NCBI RefSeq assembly: GCF_009914755.1
Contig: NC_060931.1
DNA from: the human T2T-CHM13v2.0 reference genome, Homo sapiens
Strand: one strand, 5' to 3'
DNA: 64,000 bases
A program made the position numbers and the translations under genes. Under the pieces are notes generated by a model, which had not been told where the DNA came from, did not search any database, and worked only from the letters and a program-made list of their open reading frames with translations. Shown piece by piece: positions 15,580-36,212 of this stretch. The stretch's first letter is position 1. The number at the start of each line of letters is the position of its first letter.

Positions 15580-16580
15580 AGAACAAAAAAATAAAACCTT
15601 TGTGCTTCAAAGAACACTATCAAGAAAGTGCAAAGACATAGATAATGGGAGAAAATATTTGCAAATCATATATCTGATAAGGGACTTACATCTAGCATAT
15701 ACAAAGAACTCTTAAAACTCAACACTAAAAGGCCAAATAACCCATTTTTTTATGCAGAGGAAGTGAATAGACATTTCCTCAAAGAAGATATACAGATGAC
15801 TAATAAGCACATGAAACAATGCTCGACATCATTAGTCAGTAGGGTAACAGAAATCAAACTAAAGTGACTTATCGCTTCACACCCACTAGGATGGCTATAA
15901 TTGAAAAGACAAATAATAACAAGTGTTTAGGCAAAGGATATAGGGAAACTGGAACCCTCAGACATCGTTGGTGGGAATGTAAAATGGTACAGCCTCTTTG
16001 GAAAACTGTCTGGTTGTTCTTCAAAAAGTTACCATATGATCTAGCAATTCCATTCCTGGGTATACACCCAAAAGAACTGAAAATCTATGTTTACACAAAA
16101 ACATGTACACCAGTGTTCAGAGCAGCATCATTCAATGGAAACAACCTAAATGTCCATCAGCTGCTGGATGGATAAACAGTAAGTGGTATATTCACACAAT
16201 AATTATTACCCAGCCATAAAAAGGAATGAAGTACCTACTAAAATCTGGCTGCACCTTGAAAATATTATGCTAAGTGAAGGAAGCCAGACATAAAAGGCCA
16301 CATATATATGATTCCTTTTATATTAAATGTCCACAATAGGCAAAGCTAGAGACTCAGAAAGTAGATTAGTGGTTTCTAGGGCCTGGGAGGAGACTGGAAG
16401 ATAGGAGGGGCAAGTGACTGTTAATGGCTATAGGGTTACTTTTGGGAGTAATTAAAATGTCTTAAGATTAGTGGTGATACTTCCAAACCTTTAGACTATA
16501 CTAAAAACCACTGAATTGTATGCTTCAGAAAGGTGAATTTTATGACATCAAATATAGTTCGATTTTTAAAAAAATTAAAA
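15580..16580 (+). mobile_element. L1MB-type ORF2-end and 3'UTR
   Basis: ORF 15864-16175 resembles the L1 ORF2 C-terminus (WWECKMVQPLWKTVW, LPYDLAIPFLGIHPKE). Confidence 0.88.
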
Positions 16581-16782
16581 ATGTTTAAAACAGGATATAA
16601 AATTATACATGCAAGACCCAACGATGTTGAAAAATGCCTAATCATTAAACTGAACTATTAGTCACGGAATAATGTTGCCATTGGGAGAAAGACTTTTTCT
16701 TTTCACTTTTCAAGTTTTCTACAAGGAGTATATAATTTTAGAATCAGGAAGAAAATGAAAACAAATATCAAATCTGAATTAA

Positions 16783-17316
<534 letters not shown>

Positions 17317-18535
17317 CTTCTCTTCTATTCGTAAGGCTCCCCCGGAAGAGTACTGGAGAAACACAATTGAATGAGCAGAACCAAATGTATGAATTATTTG
17401 GAGACCAAGCAGAGGAAAAAAAGATGCTTACCACACCAACTCATTGTGGCATATTGAACACACTGCTAGGACAAGGTCAGAGTTCTATGGAAGAAAGCGG
17501 ACTAGTGGAGTCCCTCCCTCCATTAGCATTTGTTTCCTATGATGGACATGTGTTTCATAATAAGTTCAGCTGCTTTTGAACAATGGGTGGACAAATTATC
17601 AGTGTTACAAATGTCTTTGAAATTTTTTCCTTTTGAAATTTATTGGTGGGGTGGAGCAGGTAGTTCTACAAGGCAAACCAAGGTTTCCCCACACCCACTG
17701 TTGCTCTGTCTCAGCTAGTGTGTATTCAAGATAAAGGCATTTTTTGATCCCAGCCATGTTCTCTTATATCTGCTGTAGTTAAAAAACTGCTTAAGTCCAC
17801 AAGTACTGCTTTTGGTCCAGAATTCTATTAATCCAACTTTTCACTCAGATCCTACCCCTCAGATGTGATTCCACTTCATGTTGTTTAGAAAATATTTGGG
17901 TACCAATTTGGATAGCACCTATTGCGAATGAACTGGGACTAGAAGCAGGCATTCTCAAGTAATTTTAAAGGTTTTAATGAGTAACAGGGGTCCATTAATA
18001 ATCAAGGAGAAGTTATGGTTAGCAGAAGACAGTTCAGTTAATGGCAAATCTTTTAGGAAATCAATTCTATAAAACAGTAAATTGCCCTCACAGAAGCTCT
18101 ATTCACCAACCAAGTTCACCTGGAGTTTAAAGATACTACAAAACAAAATCTCAATTTTCTAGTCTTCAAACTGCTCCTCCCCATGTGCCTGCTTCTGTCC
18201 TCAACAGCAGGATTCCAGAGTTGTGTCTGCAACTCGCCACTCCCAGTCCATACTTGGTTTGGAACCTATATGCTCTTATAGCTTATATTTGGTCCCTACA
18301 AAATATACATCCATGCACTGGCTATACACGGGGCAATTCCATGCATCTCTTATTGTTAACGAGTGAAGTCTTACACAGGTGCACTTGAGAGGTCAAGCCA
18401 TGGTCAGCTAACTGGTGAGAGGTCAGGGGATGCAGAGAATTTGAATGTCAACTTCTAAGATGGGTTGGGAAAGTCGTAACTTGGTAATGTCTTTAAATAT
18501 AAAAAGGCTATTTCAAAATTAATGTTCAGCCGTGA

Positions 18536-18908
<373 letters not shown>

Positions 18909-19094
18909 TACTGCCCACCATGCTTCTTGGCCGATGAGTGGCATCCATGCAATTTAATATGGTTCAAGACTGTCATACATTACTCTCATCCACTCCCAAC
19001 TGATTCCCTACTAACTACCTTTAAACTAGAACACACTATGTCTTCTTACTTCTAGGACACAATCCCTGATCACCCCAGTCTTGGTTAACTCCCT

Positions 19095-19401
19095 GTACTG
19101 GGATGAATAGCGCCCTTTAAAAATTCACCAGTACCTCTGAATATAGCTCTAATCCAATGACTAATATCCTTTTAAGAGGGAAATTTGGACGGACACACAC
19201 AGGGAGAACACAACGTGACTACAAAGGCAGAGACTGGGATGATGCAGCTACAAGCCAAGGAACAGCAAAGATTGGGCACAGCCACTAGAGGCTAGGAGGA
19301 AGTCTTGCCAGCACCCGATGGCAGACTTCTGGTTTCCAGAACTAGGTTTTAAGCTTCCCAGTTTGTGGAAATTAGTTACAGCAGCCCTGATAAATTAATA
19401 C
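19095..19401 (+). mobile_element. MLT1 (C-like) MaLR LTR, internally deleted
   Basis: aatccaatgact, ggcagagactgggatgatgcagctacaagccaaggaa, cccagtttgtgg..gttacagcagccc..aataca. Confidence 0.75.
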
Positions 19402-20003
19402 ACCTCTCTCCCATCTTCCATAGTAAGCACCCACCTCCAACCTAACCCAGGGGCTTGTTTTTACTGTGGAAGGCCATTCACTTGTCCATGTCTAAATCAG
19501 ACTCAACTTCACAGCTGTATCTAGAACAGGCCCTAGCACAGAGCTATAGACTTTGGGACTCCCACACAGCAATGGAGAAATCCCTCCTCCCAGAAGTCTC
19601 TATATCCACACAGTAATCAGCCACCAAACACACTGGATTCTTCACACACATTATTCCACTTAGTCATCTGAACAATCTTCAAAGGCAGATATTAACCCTG
19701 TTTTCAAGATGCAAAAATTGAGTTTCAAAGAGGAAAGGCCACATGCCCAGCGGGACAGGAAATACGAGAAGAGTCAGGATGTGAACCCACACTACGTGAC
19801 TCTAAAGTCAGTGCTCAATAGGCTACACCCGTTTCTCAAAAAGTCACCACCTTGTAAGGAAAATGATTCTTCAAAAGCTCTTCATACCAGCAAGCACAGA
19901 AAGTTGATAAATTTTGAAGCTGGTTGACAGGTACATGAGGATTTATTATATACTCTCTACTTGTATATGCTTATATGTTCATTAAAGTGATGGCTGATTT
20001 TAA

Positions 20004-20708
<705 letters not shown>

Positions 20709-21197
20709 CTTCACTATGTAATGGGCACTACACAGGTTATTATCTCTGAATACAACAAAACAGGTTGGCAGGATAGCAACTCCTGCATCTTTCAGAAAAC
20801 ACTGTAGTTTGAGTAAAATGAAATTTGATCTTACCAGGTTTTTTTTTTTCCAAGATAAAGTTTCCTAGGATTTCAACTGTATCGTAAGAGAAATATTCTC
20901 TCATTGTTTAACATATTTTATAGACAGAAGCAGTAAAATTGCTAAAAACAAATTCAAGCACTACATCTGTCAGGATTTTAATCATGACCAAAAGTTCAGC
21001 TAAATACAAATTCACTTATATCACAATCAGTGCCTCATCTGCCATCTCAATAACTATCCTCCTACCATTAATTTTTATCCAATTGCTATACACCTTATGG
21101 TAAAACAAAAATGGCCTTGCCCATTAGTGACACCTCAGACAAGTAAGTATAAAGATCAAAATTCTAGAAGCCCATAACAAACTCAATACTTAAGCAA

Positions 21198-21530
21198 GGC
21201 TGGGTGTGGTAGCTCATGTCTGTAAATCCCAGTGCTTTGAGAGGCCAACGCAGGGGTGGAGGGGTAAGGGAGGGTAGAGATTTGCTGGAGCCTAGGAGTT
21301 TGAGACCATCCTGGGCAATACAGAAAAACCTAGCTCTACCAAAAAAAAAAAAAAAAAAAAAAAAAATCAATCAGCTAGGTGCAGTGGCTTGCACCTACAG
21401 ATGCAGCTTCTTGGGAGGCTGAGGCAGGAGGATCATTTGAGCCCAGGAAATAGAGGTGAGCTATGATGGCGCCATTGCACTCCAGCCTGGGTGACAGAGC
21501 GAGACTCTGTCTCAAAACAAACAAACAAAC
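21198..21530 (+). mobile_element. AluJ
   Basis: Dimer with expanded linker. Confidence 0.85.
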
Positions 21531-21699
21531 ACACCTAAGCAAAGCCATGTGTGGAAACAATATAACTACATAGTATTAAAGACTAGTTTATCAAAATAAT
21601 CTAATTATTTATTAAATACAGGGAATAGTGATGGAAGTGTAGCGCAAAAATCAGGACACGTAGGCTGATGGATTTAGATGTTTACATGCAGGCTAACAA

Positions 21700-22920
<1,221 letters not shown>

Positions 22921-23057
22921 ACAAAGTCCTATTTATAAGAATGAGACTGGAAACAATTTATACAACCCCAACAAAAGATATATTAGTCTTTTCCAATTAT
23001 GCAGCCCTTTAAAAAGAATGGCCATAAATGGATCTTTATAAAACAACCTGGTAGGCA

Positions 23058-23355
23058 CTGGGCGAGGTGGCTCATACTGTAATCCCAGCACTTTGGGGAG
23101 GCAGAGGCAGGCAGGTTACTTGAACCCAGGAGTTCAAGACCAGCCTGGGCAACATGGCAAAACCCCGTCTCTACAAAAAATACAAAAATTAGCTGGGTGT
23201 GGTGGTGCGTGCCTGTGGTTCCACCTACTCAGGAGGGTGAGGTGGGAGGATCACTTGAGCCTCAGAGGCAAAGGTTGTAGTGAGCCAGGATCGTAACACT
23301 GTACTCCGGCCTGGGTGACAGAGTGAGACTATCTCAAAACAAAACAAAACAAAAA
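23058..23355 (+). mobile_element. AluJ
   Basis: Full dimer; TSD acctggtagg. Confidence 0.88.
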
Positions 23356-23364
23356 TATCCTACC

Positions 23365-23467
23365 TGGTAGGTTAGGTGTATTAAATGAATTTTCAACTTA
23401 CAATATTTTCAACTTATAATGGGATTATCAGGACCATAACCCCATTATAAGTTGATAAGCCATCTGT
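23365..23467. mobile_element. Tigger4/MER46-like terminal fragment
   Basis: ggttaggtgtattaaatg..ttttcaacttac..taaccccattataagttg..catctg. Confidence 0.6.
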
Positions 23468-23785
23468 AAAATCAAACATTAATGCCTTTCTTATAGAAAT
23501 TAAATTTTGGCAGTAACCAAATAGTATCTGGGAGTTTCTCTTTATAGAAGTGTTTCAATTAATAAATGAAAGAATAATAGAATTGGAAAATGACCTTTTT
23601 GCCTCCCTTTATGAAATAATGGAGCTCTCAAATCTATGGCTGCTAACATTACAAAAAGAGAAAACCAAGTATGTACTTCCTGACAGAAGTCTGTACTACC
23701 ATCTATGAAGTATTCTTGCTTAAAGAGAAAGAGGGGAAGTGGAAGGGAGGGAGAAAGAAAGTGAATCTGAATATGCCCAGATCTA

Positions 23786-23933
23786 CTGTGGTTCTCAATC
23801 TTGGCAGCACAGTACAATCACCTGAGGAGCTAAAAATACTGATGCCTGGATCCTAAGACTAGAAATTCAAATTAGTATGAGACATAGCCTGGACATTAGA
23901 ATTTTTAAAATTTAAGGTTGAGATCACTGCTCT
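23786..23933. mobile_element. MER5A-like hAT MITE
   Basis: gtggttctcaatctt ... aaggttgagatcactgctcta terminal inverted repeats. Confidence 0.65.
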
Positions 23934-24159
23934 AAATCTAACCACCGATTCACAAGAATCCAGAAGACTGAGGAACATGTACTGTACTTCAAGGATGAAG
24001 TCAGCCAACCTAAACATGACAGGATAAAAGAGTTTCTTCAACCAATGGGGTAGGGGGTGGGGGGAAGATAAAAAAAGGAATGGGAACCTAAAAGTCAAGG
24101 GACTTAAATCGACTAACTGCAAAATATAAACCTCATTTGGATTCCCCCTACCGCCCATC

Positions 24160-24313
24160 TATTTTTATTTTTTTATTATTTTTTTTTTTAGAAAGAGAGA
24201 CAGGGTCTCACCACATTGCCCAAAGCTGGTCTCAAATGCCTGGGATGAAGCAGTTGTCTTGCCTCTGCTTCCCAAAGTGCTGGGATTACAGGCATGAGCC
24301 ACCACATCCAGCC
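24160..24313 (-). mobile_element. Alu monomer (FLAM-like)
   Basis: Single left monomer. Confidence 0.8.
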
Positions 24314-24729
24314 TATTTGGATCCTAATACAATTTTTCAAATGTGAACCAACTAAGATATTTGAACAGACTTCATGGTTTATGAGAATTTTTTATATGTG
24401 ATGATATTGATTTTTTTAAGCCCATATCTTTTAGAGATACATGCTGAAATAATTTCTAATGAAATTACTTATCTAAGATTTGTTTCAAATTATCTGATAG
24501 AGAGAGGTGGGATAGATATAGAGAAAATGAGATTGGCCTTAAGCTGATAATTGAAGTTAGGGGATAGGTACATGGGGAGATTTATTATACTATTCTCTCT
24601 ACATTTGTAAATGCTTAAAAATTATCCATTTCATAAAGTTTTTAAGATGTGAAATATTGGCCAGGCGTGCTGGCTCACACCTCTAATCCCAGCCCTTTGG
24701 GAGGCCAAGGCAGATGGAGTGCCTGAGCC

Positions 24730-26060
<1,331 letters not shown>

Positions 26061-26376
26061 GTTATTCTACAATTTGTTTTAAATTATCTGATTTAAATTA
26101 TCTGATTTTAAAAAAGGAACAAAGCACTGAAAACCTGCTACAATACCCATGAACACTGAGAGCATTATACTAAGAGAAAGAAGCCACTTGGTATGTGAAT
26201 ATCTCAATAAAGTTATTATAAACACACACACATACTCACACAATGAGATACTACACACCTATGGCAAGGATGCAGAGCAATTTTAGAATGGCTAATATTA
26301 AACCACCAAGTGTTGTCAAGGACTGGACCTGCTGGTGAGAACATAAAGTGGCACAACTACTATGGAAAAGTTTAGA

Positions 26377-26678
<302 letters not shown>

Positions 26679-26752
26679 TAGAATTTTTTAAAAACATTAA
26701 ATATATGATCCAGTTATTCCACCCCTGTGTATTTACCTGAGAGAAATGAATA

Positions 26753-27251
26753 TACCAGGAAGAAAAACTTTCTCCTTTATCAACTTAGGTTCAGTAATTG
26801 AGGGCCTACGTATTCAACTGACAATGCACAGATGAACAGGAGGAAAAAACCAAAACTTTTTCATACGCATATGGAAGTGCACAAAAGCAGTACTCTAAAC
26901 AGCTAAAAAAGGGAGTTTACAAACTCAATTAACCGAGGAAAAAGGATACGGGAGAAAAGGCTTCTATGGGAAAATAAATCGGTTTCAAGGGGAACAGAGA
27001 TAAATTTTGTCGTAATGTTTGTTTATGCAGATGAGTGGTCTTCTCCATCTTTTTTTTTTTTTTTTTTTTTCCAGTCCAAGAACATTCCCCAAGGGAGGAG
27101 ATTTTTAGCAGCCTCATTCCCAGAAGTTTCTGCCTTTAGTTAAAGTAAGGAATTTCTGATTAGGCTTCTTTCTGCATCTGTTGAATCTCAAATGTCTTTA
27201 GTTTAAAATAATCTTCATACTATCTCTGGGGGTTACAAGTGGGTCCTCACA
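26753..27251 (-). mobile_element. ERV1-type solo LTR (MER34-like) interrupting an L1M
   Basis: Separates L1 motifs gagaaatgaa | aaagcaaacatccac; minus strand starts TGTGAGG; family from recalled similarity only. Confidence 0.45.
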
Positions 27252-27600
27252 AAAGCAAACATCCACATAGAGACCTACACATAAATGTTCATAGCACCTT
27301 TACCTGTAGTAGTTAAAAACTGGAAACAGCCCAAATGTTCAACAGGTAAACAAGTAAATAGTAGTATATCTACACAACAAACCACTACTCAGCTATGAAA
27401 GGGAATAGGCTCTTGACTCACACATCATAGGTAAATCTTAATGGTTTCACATGTGTATATGTATGTTAAAACTTATCAAAACGTGCACTTTAAAGATGTG
27501 TTTATGTCCATCATACTTCAATAAAGCTGTTTTTTAAAAAGACCTACTAATTCAACGATTTAAGTTGTTATAAATCAGAACAAAAGTGAGAATTATTCCC

Positions 27601-28420
<820 letters not shown>

Positions 28421-29238
28421 CACACACACACACCCCTTTGACTATTGGTCAAAGATAGGCAAATATGCCAAGTGAAATAACGATGCTAGTTTTTGCAGAC
28501 AAAATTGGCTAATATTTTGAATTATGTTAGCATGAAGTATGCTGGGGAGGATATGGAAAAACAATGTCTTGTCCATTAGTGGGGGAAAGTATAAAGCAAC
28601 ATAGAATTTCTATAAAAGTTTTGTTAATATCAAATAGCCTAAAAATTCACTCTGATCTAATTCAATTTGTGTGTATACCTGCATAGAAGTATGAAAGGTA
28701 ATATGCCAAGATATTTTTGAACTTTACTTTCCAAATTTTATTCAACGAGCCTGTATCACCTATAATGGGGAAGAAGTATATTTAAGTCATTCTTTAACTG
28801 AGGCTTCTGAAAAGAAAAAAAAAAATCAGTTTGAAGCCAAAATACCAACTAAACAAGCGTAGATCTGTCCCTTGACTGACCAAGACAAGAAAACAGATGA
28901 AGCCACTGAGCTACAGGAAAGCAAAGAGTGCCGCTAGATTAGGGTAAACCACCAGAGCTCGTTAGGAGTAGCTGGTGGGAAGATTCAGACAGCAGGGCAA
29001 CCCCACTCCAGGACCTCCCACTCTGGCACATGAATGAAATCCCTCACATGCCAGCTAGAATTAAATACAAAACCTGTAACAGCACAACCACCTTTACCCC
29101 CTTTTCTCCCTCTTCATAGCTTGTGTATAGGCAGCACAGGAATGCCAAGACCACAACTGTACAGCATACAACTTTCGTTTTTGAAAAGACAGCTAAAAAC
29201 TTTACAGCTGTTTTTGTCACCTTGGATTTATTGTTGCC

Positions 29239-29837
<599 letters not shown>

Positions 29838-30872
29838 TTGTCATTGCCTTTTAAAATCTCAGTTGTAAGGTTACTGACATAGCCACAACCCATCCATGAC
29901 ACTCTCGCTTTCCACGGGTGCAAGGACAGCTTTAACAGCTGTAATGGGTTTAGACACTCAGACTTTCTGATCTATTCCTGGAAGCCAGTGCTGATTAATT
30001 TTTAACTTCTTTGAAACTGAGCCCCAAACAAAACATGAAACTGGGACTTATATTACAATGACTAAGGTACTACAAGACATCTACTTAGAATCAAGTATCA
30101 CCAAAGGCAGAATAACCTGAGAAATGTTTCATCCAAAAGATTGCAAATGAAAAAGTCTTTTTAAAATGATAAAAAGCACTGATCATTGTCTGTAGACAGG
30201 CCCAGTACACACCCTAGTTGAATAATTTGTAACACAGAAGGTAGAATGGCAAGATCAAAATGAGTAAGAACTTGAGGCAAGGAGAAGGAATGTTTCTGTT
30301 TTTACAAGTGAATGTTCATGAACCACTACTTTTAGGCCTTACTCTTCAATGTATTTAGTTCAAGAAACAATAAGTAAATTGCTAAGCATCTGAAACAAAA
30401 CTGAAAATCGAACAACCCAGCAAGTGTTATTAATAGCTCTTCTAGGATATTAATGACATAAAAGATAATGCACCCAGATTAAAACACACAATACTGGTGT
30501 CACCCGCTACACACCCTAACCAACAGAGCTAACCTACAGAAAGTATTTAAGGTAAGCAGTAAAGAAGGAGAGACTACTCTTCTCTGCATTCATGAATGTT
30601 GTAAACTGATGGCCAGTACTGTCCACAGTATGGCAGATGTGGCCAAAATGAGGGCAGAACCATCAGTCCCTTCTTCACTAACCCTAATGAACCAAGACTT
30701 CCTCAAGCTTAGCTAAGCCTCAAATGAGAAAGGCAACACTTTCTGCGAACATGTCACAGTGCTGGATAGCACAAAGGCTGACCTCAAGAAAAGGCTGATT
30801 CAGTAAGTAGTGCTGTCACAAATGGAAAACCATTTGGAAGAAAAAAAAAAAAGACAAGGACAGCTTATCATC

Positions 30873-30907
<35 letters not shown>

Positions 30908-30985
30908 TATATATGTATATATATATATACACACATACACACATATGCACATATATATACACACACACATACACACACACACACA
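30873..30985. repeat. Compound (TA)n/(CA)n microsatellite
   Basis: Direct read. Confidence 0.95.
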
Positions 30986-31058
30986 AATATACAACTATTA
31001 ATGATAGTTAACTCTGAATGGTAGGATTTTAAGCCCTTTTTTCTGTTTTCTACAGTGA

Positions 31059-31392
<334 letters not shown>

Positions 31393-32659
31393 TAAAGTGA
31401 GTGGCATATAACTCCCAATTGCTATAAGGTGGCCACTCATCAATTTCTTAGGAGTTTCTAGAGGACACTCTGATATCTGACTTCCTTAGGGGACACTCAG
31501 CAAGTCTCATTAGCGTCCTTGGAATTAACCCACCTTTGCTTCTGTGATCAAGAGAACTTGCTTTCATCCAACTCAAGATGTCTTCTGCCCGCTGGAGTGG
31601 CCTTCCAGAAGGACCCTTTACCTACAGAACTGTGCTATCACCTCACCAATGTTCACTCAGAATGGTCCTTCATGCTAGTACCAGGCAACGTGGTTAAATC
31701 AGACAACTCGTTCACAAAAGCCTCCCTCCCATACATACCTTGTAACATGTAAATCAATAACAAGTTATTATTAATAACTAAAAGCTAGTTCAATCGTAAC
31801 CGATGATCATCTCATGCCTAAGGAATACGGGCATGTGATCTTCTATTCACTGAACAAATGTCAACAAATGTCAAGGACAGCTAAGATCCCACCCTGCAAT
31901 AAGCACAGTTTAGACCTGTAGCAAGTACTATGCTCAATTCTGAACCCTACTCTAAGGGGCTCGGAAACCGTGCCCCCAAAGGGAAACAGGCTGAGAGGGG
32001 TCAGTGGAGGGGAATCTGGGAGGGACAGATGAGTGGTCTGGAGAGTTTCTCAGACGATGAACCATTTGAATGTGCTCTCTTCACACATTGGGAGAATTTT
32101 TATATTCTCAAAGGAGCTAAAATAAACATGGAAGTTGAAATGAACAGGCTCTTAAAAGATCATCTAGCCCAAGGGGGGCAATCATGTTCATTTTGCATGC
32201 CAACTGCAAACAACTGGCTGTGATTATCCACAGCCTGTGTGAGAAGGATTCTGCGGCCTAATCTAGGATCAGTGAGAAGAGTCTCTCCTTGAGAGTCCCT
32301 CCTGCTGCGGAAGGAAGGAGGCTGAACAAGTACCATGGATTCCCAGCAGTGACCTTCACCAATGGACTGGATACTTAAGAGGCCAGTCGAGTTATTAGGA
32401 GGGTACACAAATCCATAATGCTTTCAAGACTTTCTGATAAGGCAAATAAACAGTAATTCCTACACTTGTGTATACCATAATCTTTCAGACAGGTATAGGG
32501 GTTGTGTGATTAAAAAAAAAATTATTAGTGTTATAGGTTTCTAAAGGTAATCTAGTTCACACAACAAGGTCTTTCAGCTACAGACACACCTGCACAACTT
32601 AAAAAATCTACTTCCCAAAATGATAACGCTATTTATAATCAGCAAGACTTTTTAACACA

Positions 32660-32972
<313 letters not shown>

Positions 32973-33903
32973 TTAAGACTGAAAATAAATTGGTATGAAG
33001 TTAGTGGTGAAGTTAAATATTCTAACAATATATAGTAGAGGTGACCCTTAAACTCCGTAGCAGACAACACCAAGGCAAACACAGTCAGTGAGAAATTATG
33101 CAGGCTCCATCATGCGCTACAAAGCTGTCTCTGGTAGCCAAGGGAAGCATATAAGCAAAGGTCCTGTTTTCAAACATTAATTAAACAGCACGTCAGAATA
33201 GAATTCCTACCATACAGAAACAAAGCTGTGACAAAAGAAAGGTTTGCTTGTTTAGTTAAGCAAGAAAGAAATTAACACAATGAAGCCATGTCCTTTATGG
33301 GAAAGATACCATGTAAATTATCTGAAGTCAGAAATGTTTGTTCAGCTGGGCAACTTCAAGTAGTGGTAAACAATAATGGAATACTGGAAGTGCACAGAAC
33401 ATGCTCAGAATTGATGGGCATCAGATTTGCTGAGAAAGAAGAACATGGAGTAATGATGGGTGTAAGCTCAGAGGAGCTTAGCATTAATCCACCCTAATGA
33501 GGCTGGCATCTGGAGGCACAGCCTGCTCAATTTCACAGCCATAAGGAGCAGCCCTCACCGATGTTTCTGACTTCTTTGTGACTCATTTTTTCAACACTAA
33601 AGTCTGAGGTTTTCCTTAAAGTTTTTTTAATAAGAAATTAAACTTTCCCCAAAATAGAAAGCTGAGTATTATGATCAACTACTATTAGAAAGCCTAACCA
33701 AAACAACCTGAACTATTTAAAGCAAGTAACCAGATCAAGATAAAACACCCGCAATATACTTTCCAAAACATCTGATCCCTGCTAGTGAAGGGCCAACACA
33801 GCTGGCACCAAGATTTCCATTTGCCACCACCAAAAAATAAAAAAAAACACAAAGAAACAAAAAAACGAAAACATTTGTAAGAACTTCAGTGATTTCTGCA
33901 TCA

Positions 33904-34835
<932 letters not shown>

Positions 34836-34886
34836 GACTTCTGAAATATGTACTTACACACACACACACACACACAATGCTAAGTC

Positions 34887-34957
34887 AAATAATGAAATCA
34901 CCCAAAATAGCTGGAATTACTGGCAGATTGTGTAGCAATAAACCTAGTTTTCTGAAG
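34887..34957 (+). pseudogene. SNORD65C: Retroposed copy of box C/D snoRNA SNORD65 (probably the locus annotated SNORD65C)
   Basis: aaATAATGAaatcacccaaaatAGCTGGAATTACTGgCAGAttgtgtag...ttttCTGAag then A10. Matches recalled SNORD65; guide complementary to 18S CGGUAAUUCCAGCU; box C altered (ATGATGA>ATAATGA). Confidence 0.88.
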
Positions 34958-35921
34958 AAAAAAAAAATACATGAGATAATGCAAGCCTACATGTTAAGTG
35001 CTACCATAGTGTTAAGTATGGGAGAAATACAGGAGAGATGTCTAATCCAAGCGTGGTAGGAATGATGTCTAAATTGAGGGCTAAATAATTGGTGAGAATA
35101 AAGAAAGATGGAAAGGATCCAGAACAAAATAAGACTGTTGGGGGGGAAAAAAAAGAGCAAATGGATTCTTGGCAAAGAAAATGTATGCAAAAAGTCCTGA
35201 AGCTAAGAGAAGGATGGGGTTGAGGAAGTAAAGTACTTCACAGTACTGGAGCACACAGCATGTGAATTTCAGCCAAAGGACAAATGCCTCCAAAAAAAGT
35301 TAATTCACAGTGCAGCAGGGCGAGGCACTTGTCTTATTCGCTGGTTCTCACATTGACCCTGAAAGGACTTTTTTTTGTTAATCCCATTTTCACAGATGGG
35401 AAAGGGACTCTGTATGGTTGTCACTTTTATCCAAAGTCTCATAGCCAGTAAGAAGCTGCCCTCAAAGTCCCTACCCTGTCTTCCATTCGACTATTCTGAG
35501 GTTCAGACCCAGAAACCCCATACCTCTGCCTTATATTTTAATGAAAAGTATGTCTCCAGGTTTATGTGGAGAATAACCAAGACCTCAGAAACATTTAGTG
35601 AAAATCAGAGCTAGAAGGAATCTGTTTTTTTGCGAGTTCAGAGAAGCTGACTTGGATAAGACATCAAAGTTGTCTTGTGCAGCAAATTCTCCTCCGGCAC
35701 ATAGTAGGCACTCTGATAAATTCAAAAAGGCTTCTAAGAAGAGGCAGAAGCAAGGACAGGGAAGGAGCTCAGCTCCACAGCTCAGGGAGGGTGACAGAAT
35801 GGCCTAAGGCCCAGGAGAGCACCGTGTTGTCAACTGTCAGTGTCAAGCCTGAGACAGGAGCCATGAACTAGCACCATCTCAGCTCTGATGTTGAACTGCA
35901 GCCGTCTCCTCTAAGGTCTCA

Positions 35922-36028
35922 AACTGGCCTTATACCAACACATGCCTCCTTCTATCATCTAACTAGCCATACGCCATGCCTCCTTCAACACCTAACTGGC
36001 CTTACACCAACACATGCCTCCTTCTATC
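35922..36028. repeat. Three-copy ~33-40 bp tandem repeat
   Basis: aactggcctta(t/c)accaacacatgcctccttctatc in copies 1 and 3, degenerate middle copy. Confidence 0.8.
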
Positions 36029-36212
36029 TTGTCATCTCATAATAGGAATGCTGCATCCCCTACATGAAATGACAAAATGTATTCTGCATAGAAATCCCTC
36101 TAGGTACTGAAGAACTTTATCTTAATGTATTTCACCACTGAGTATTTAGAGTCCCCACTCTCAAGGCTGTGGTCCTATTAGCATTTATTTGACACTTGAG
36201 TGCTGATTACAC

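Noticed and set aside
30519-30570. Recursive-splice-like site on the minus strand (ctttctgtag|gttagc); similar at ~5945 and ~26735
   Set aside because: Weak donor matches are expected by chance in 57 kb; needs saw-tooth nascent RNA-seq.
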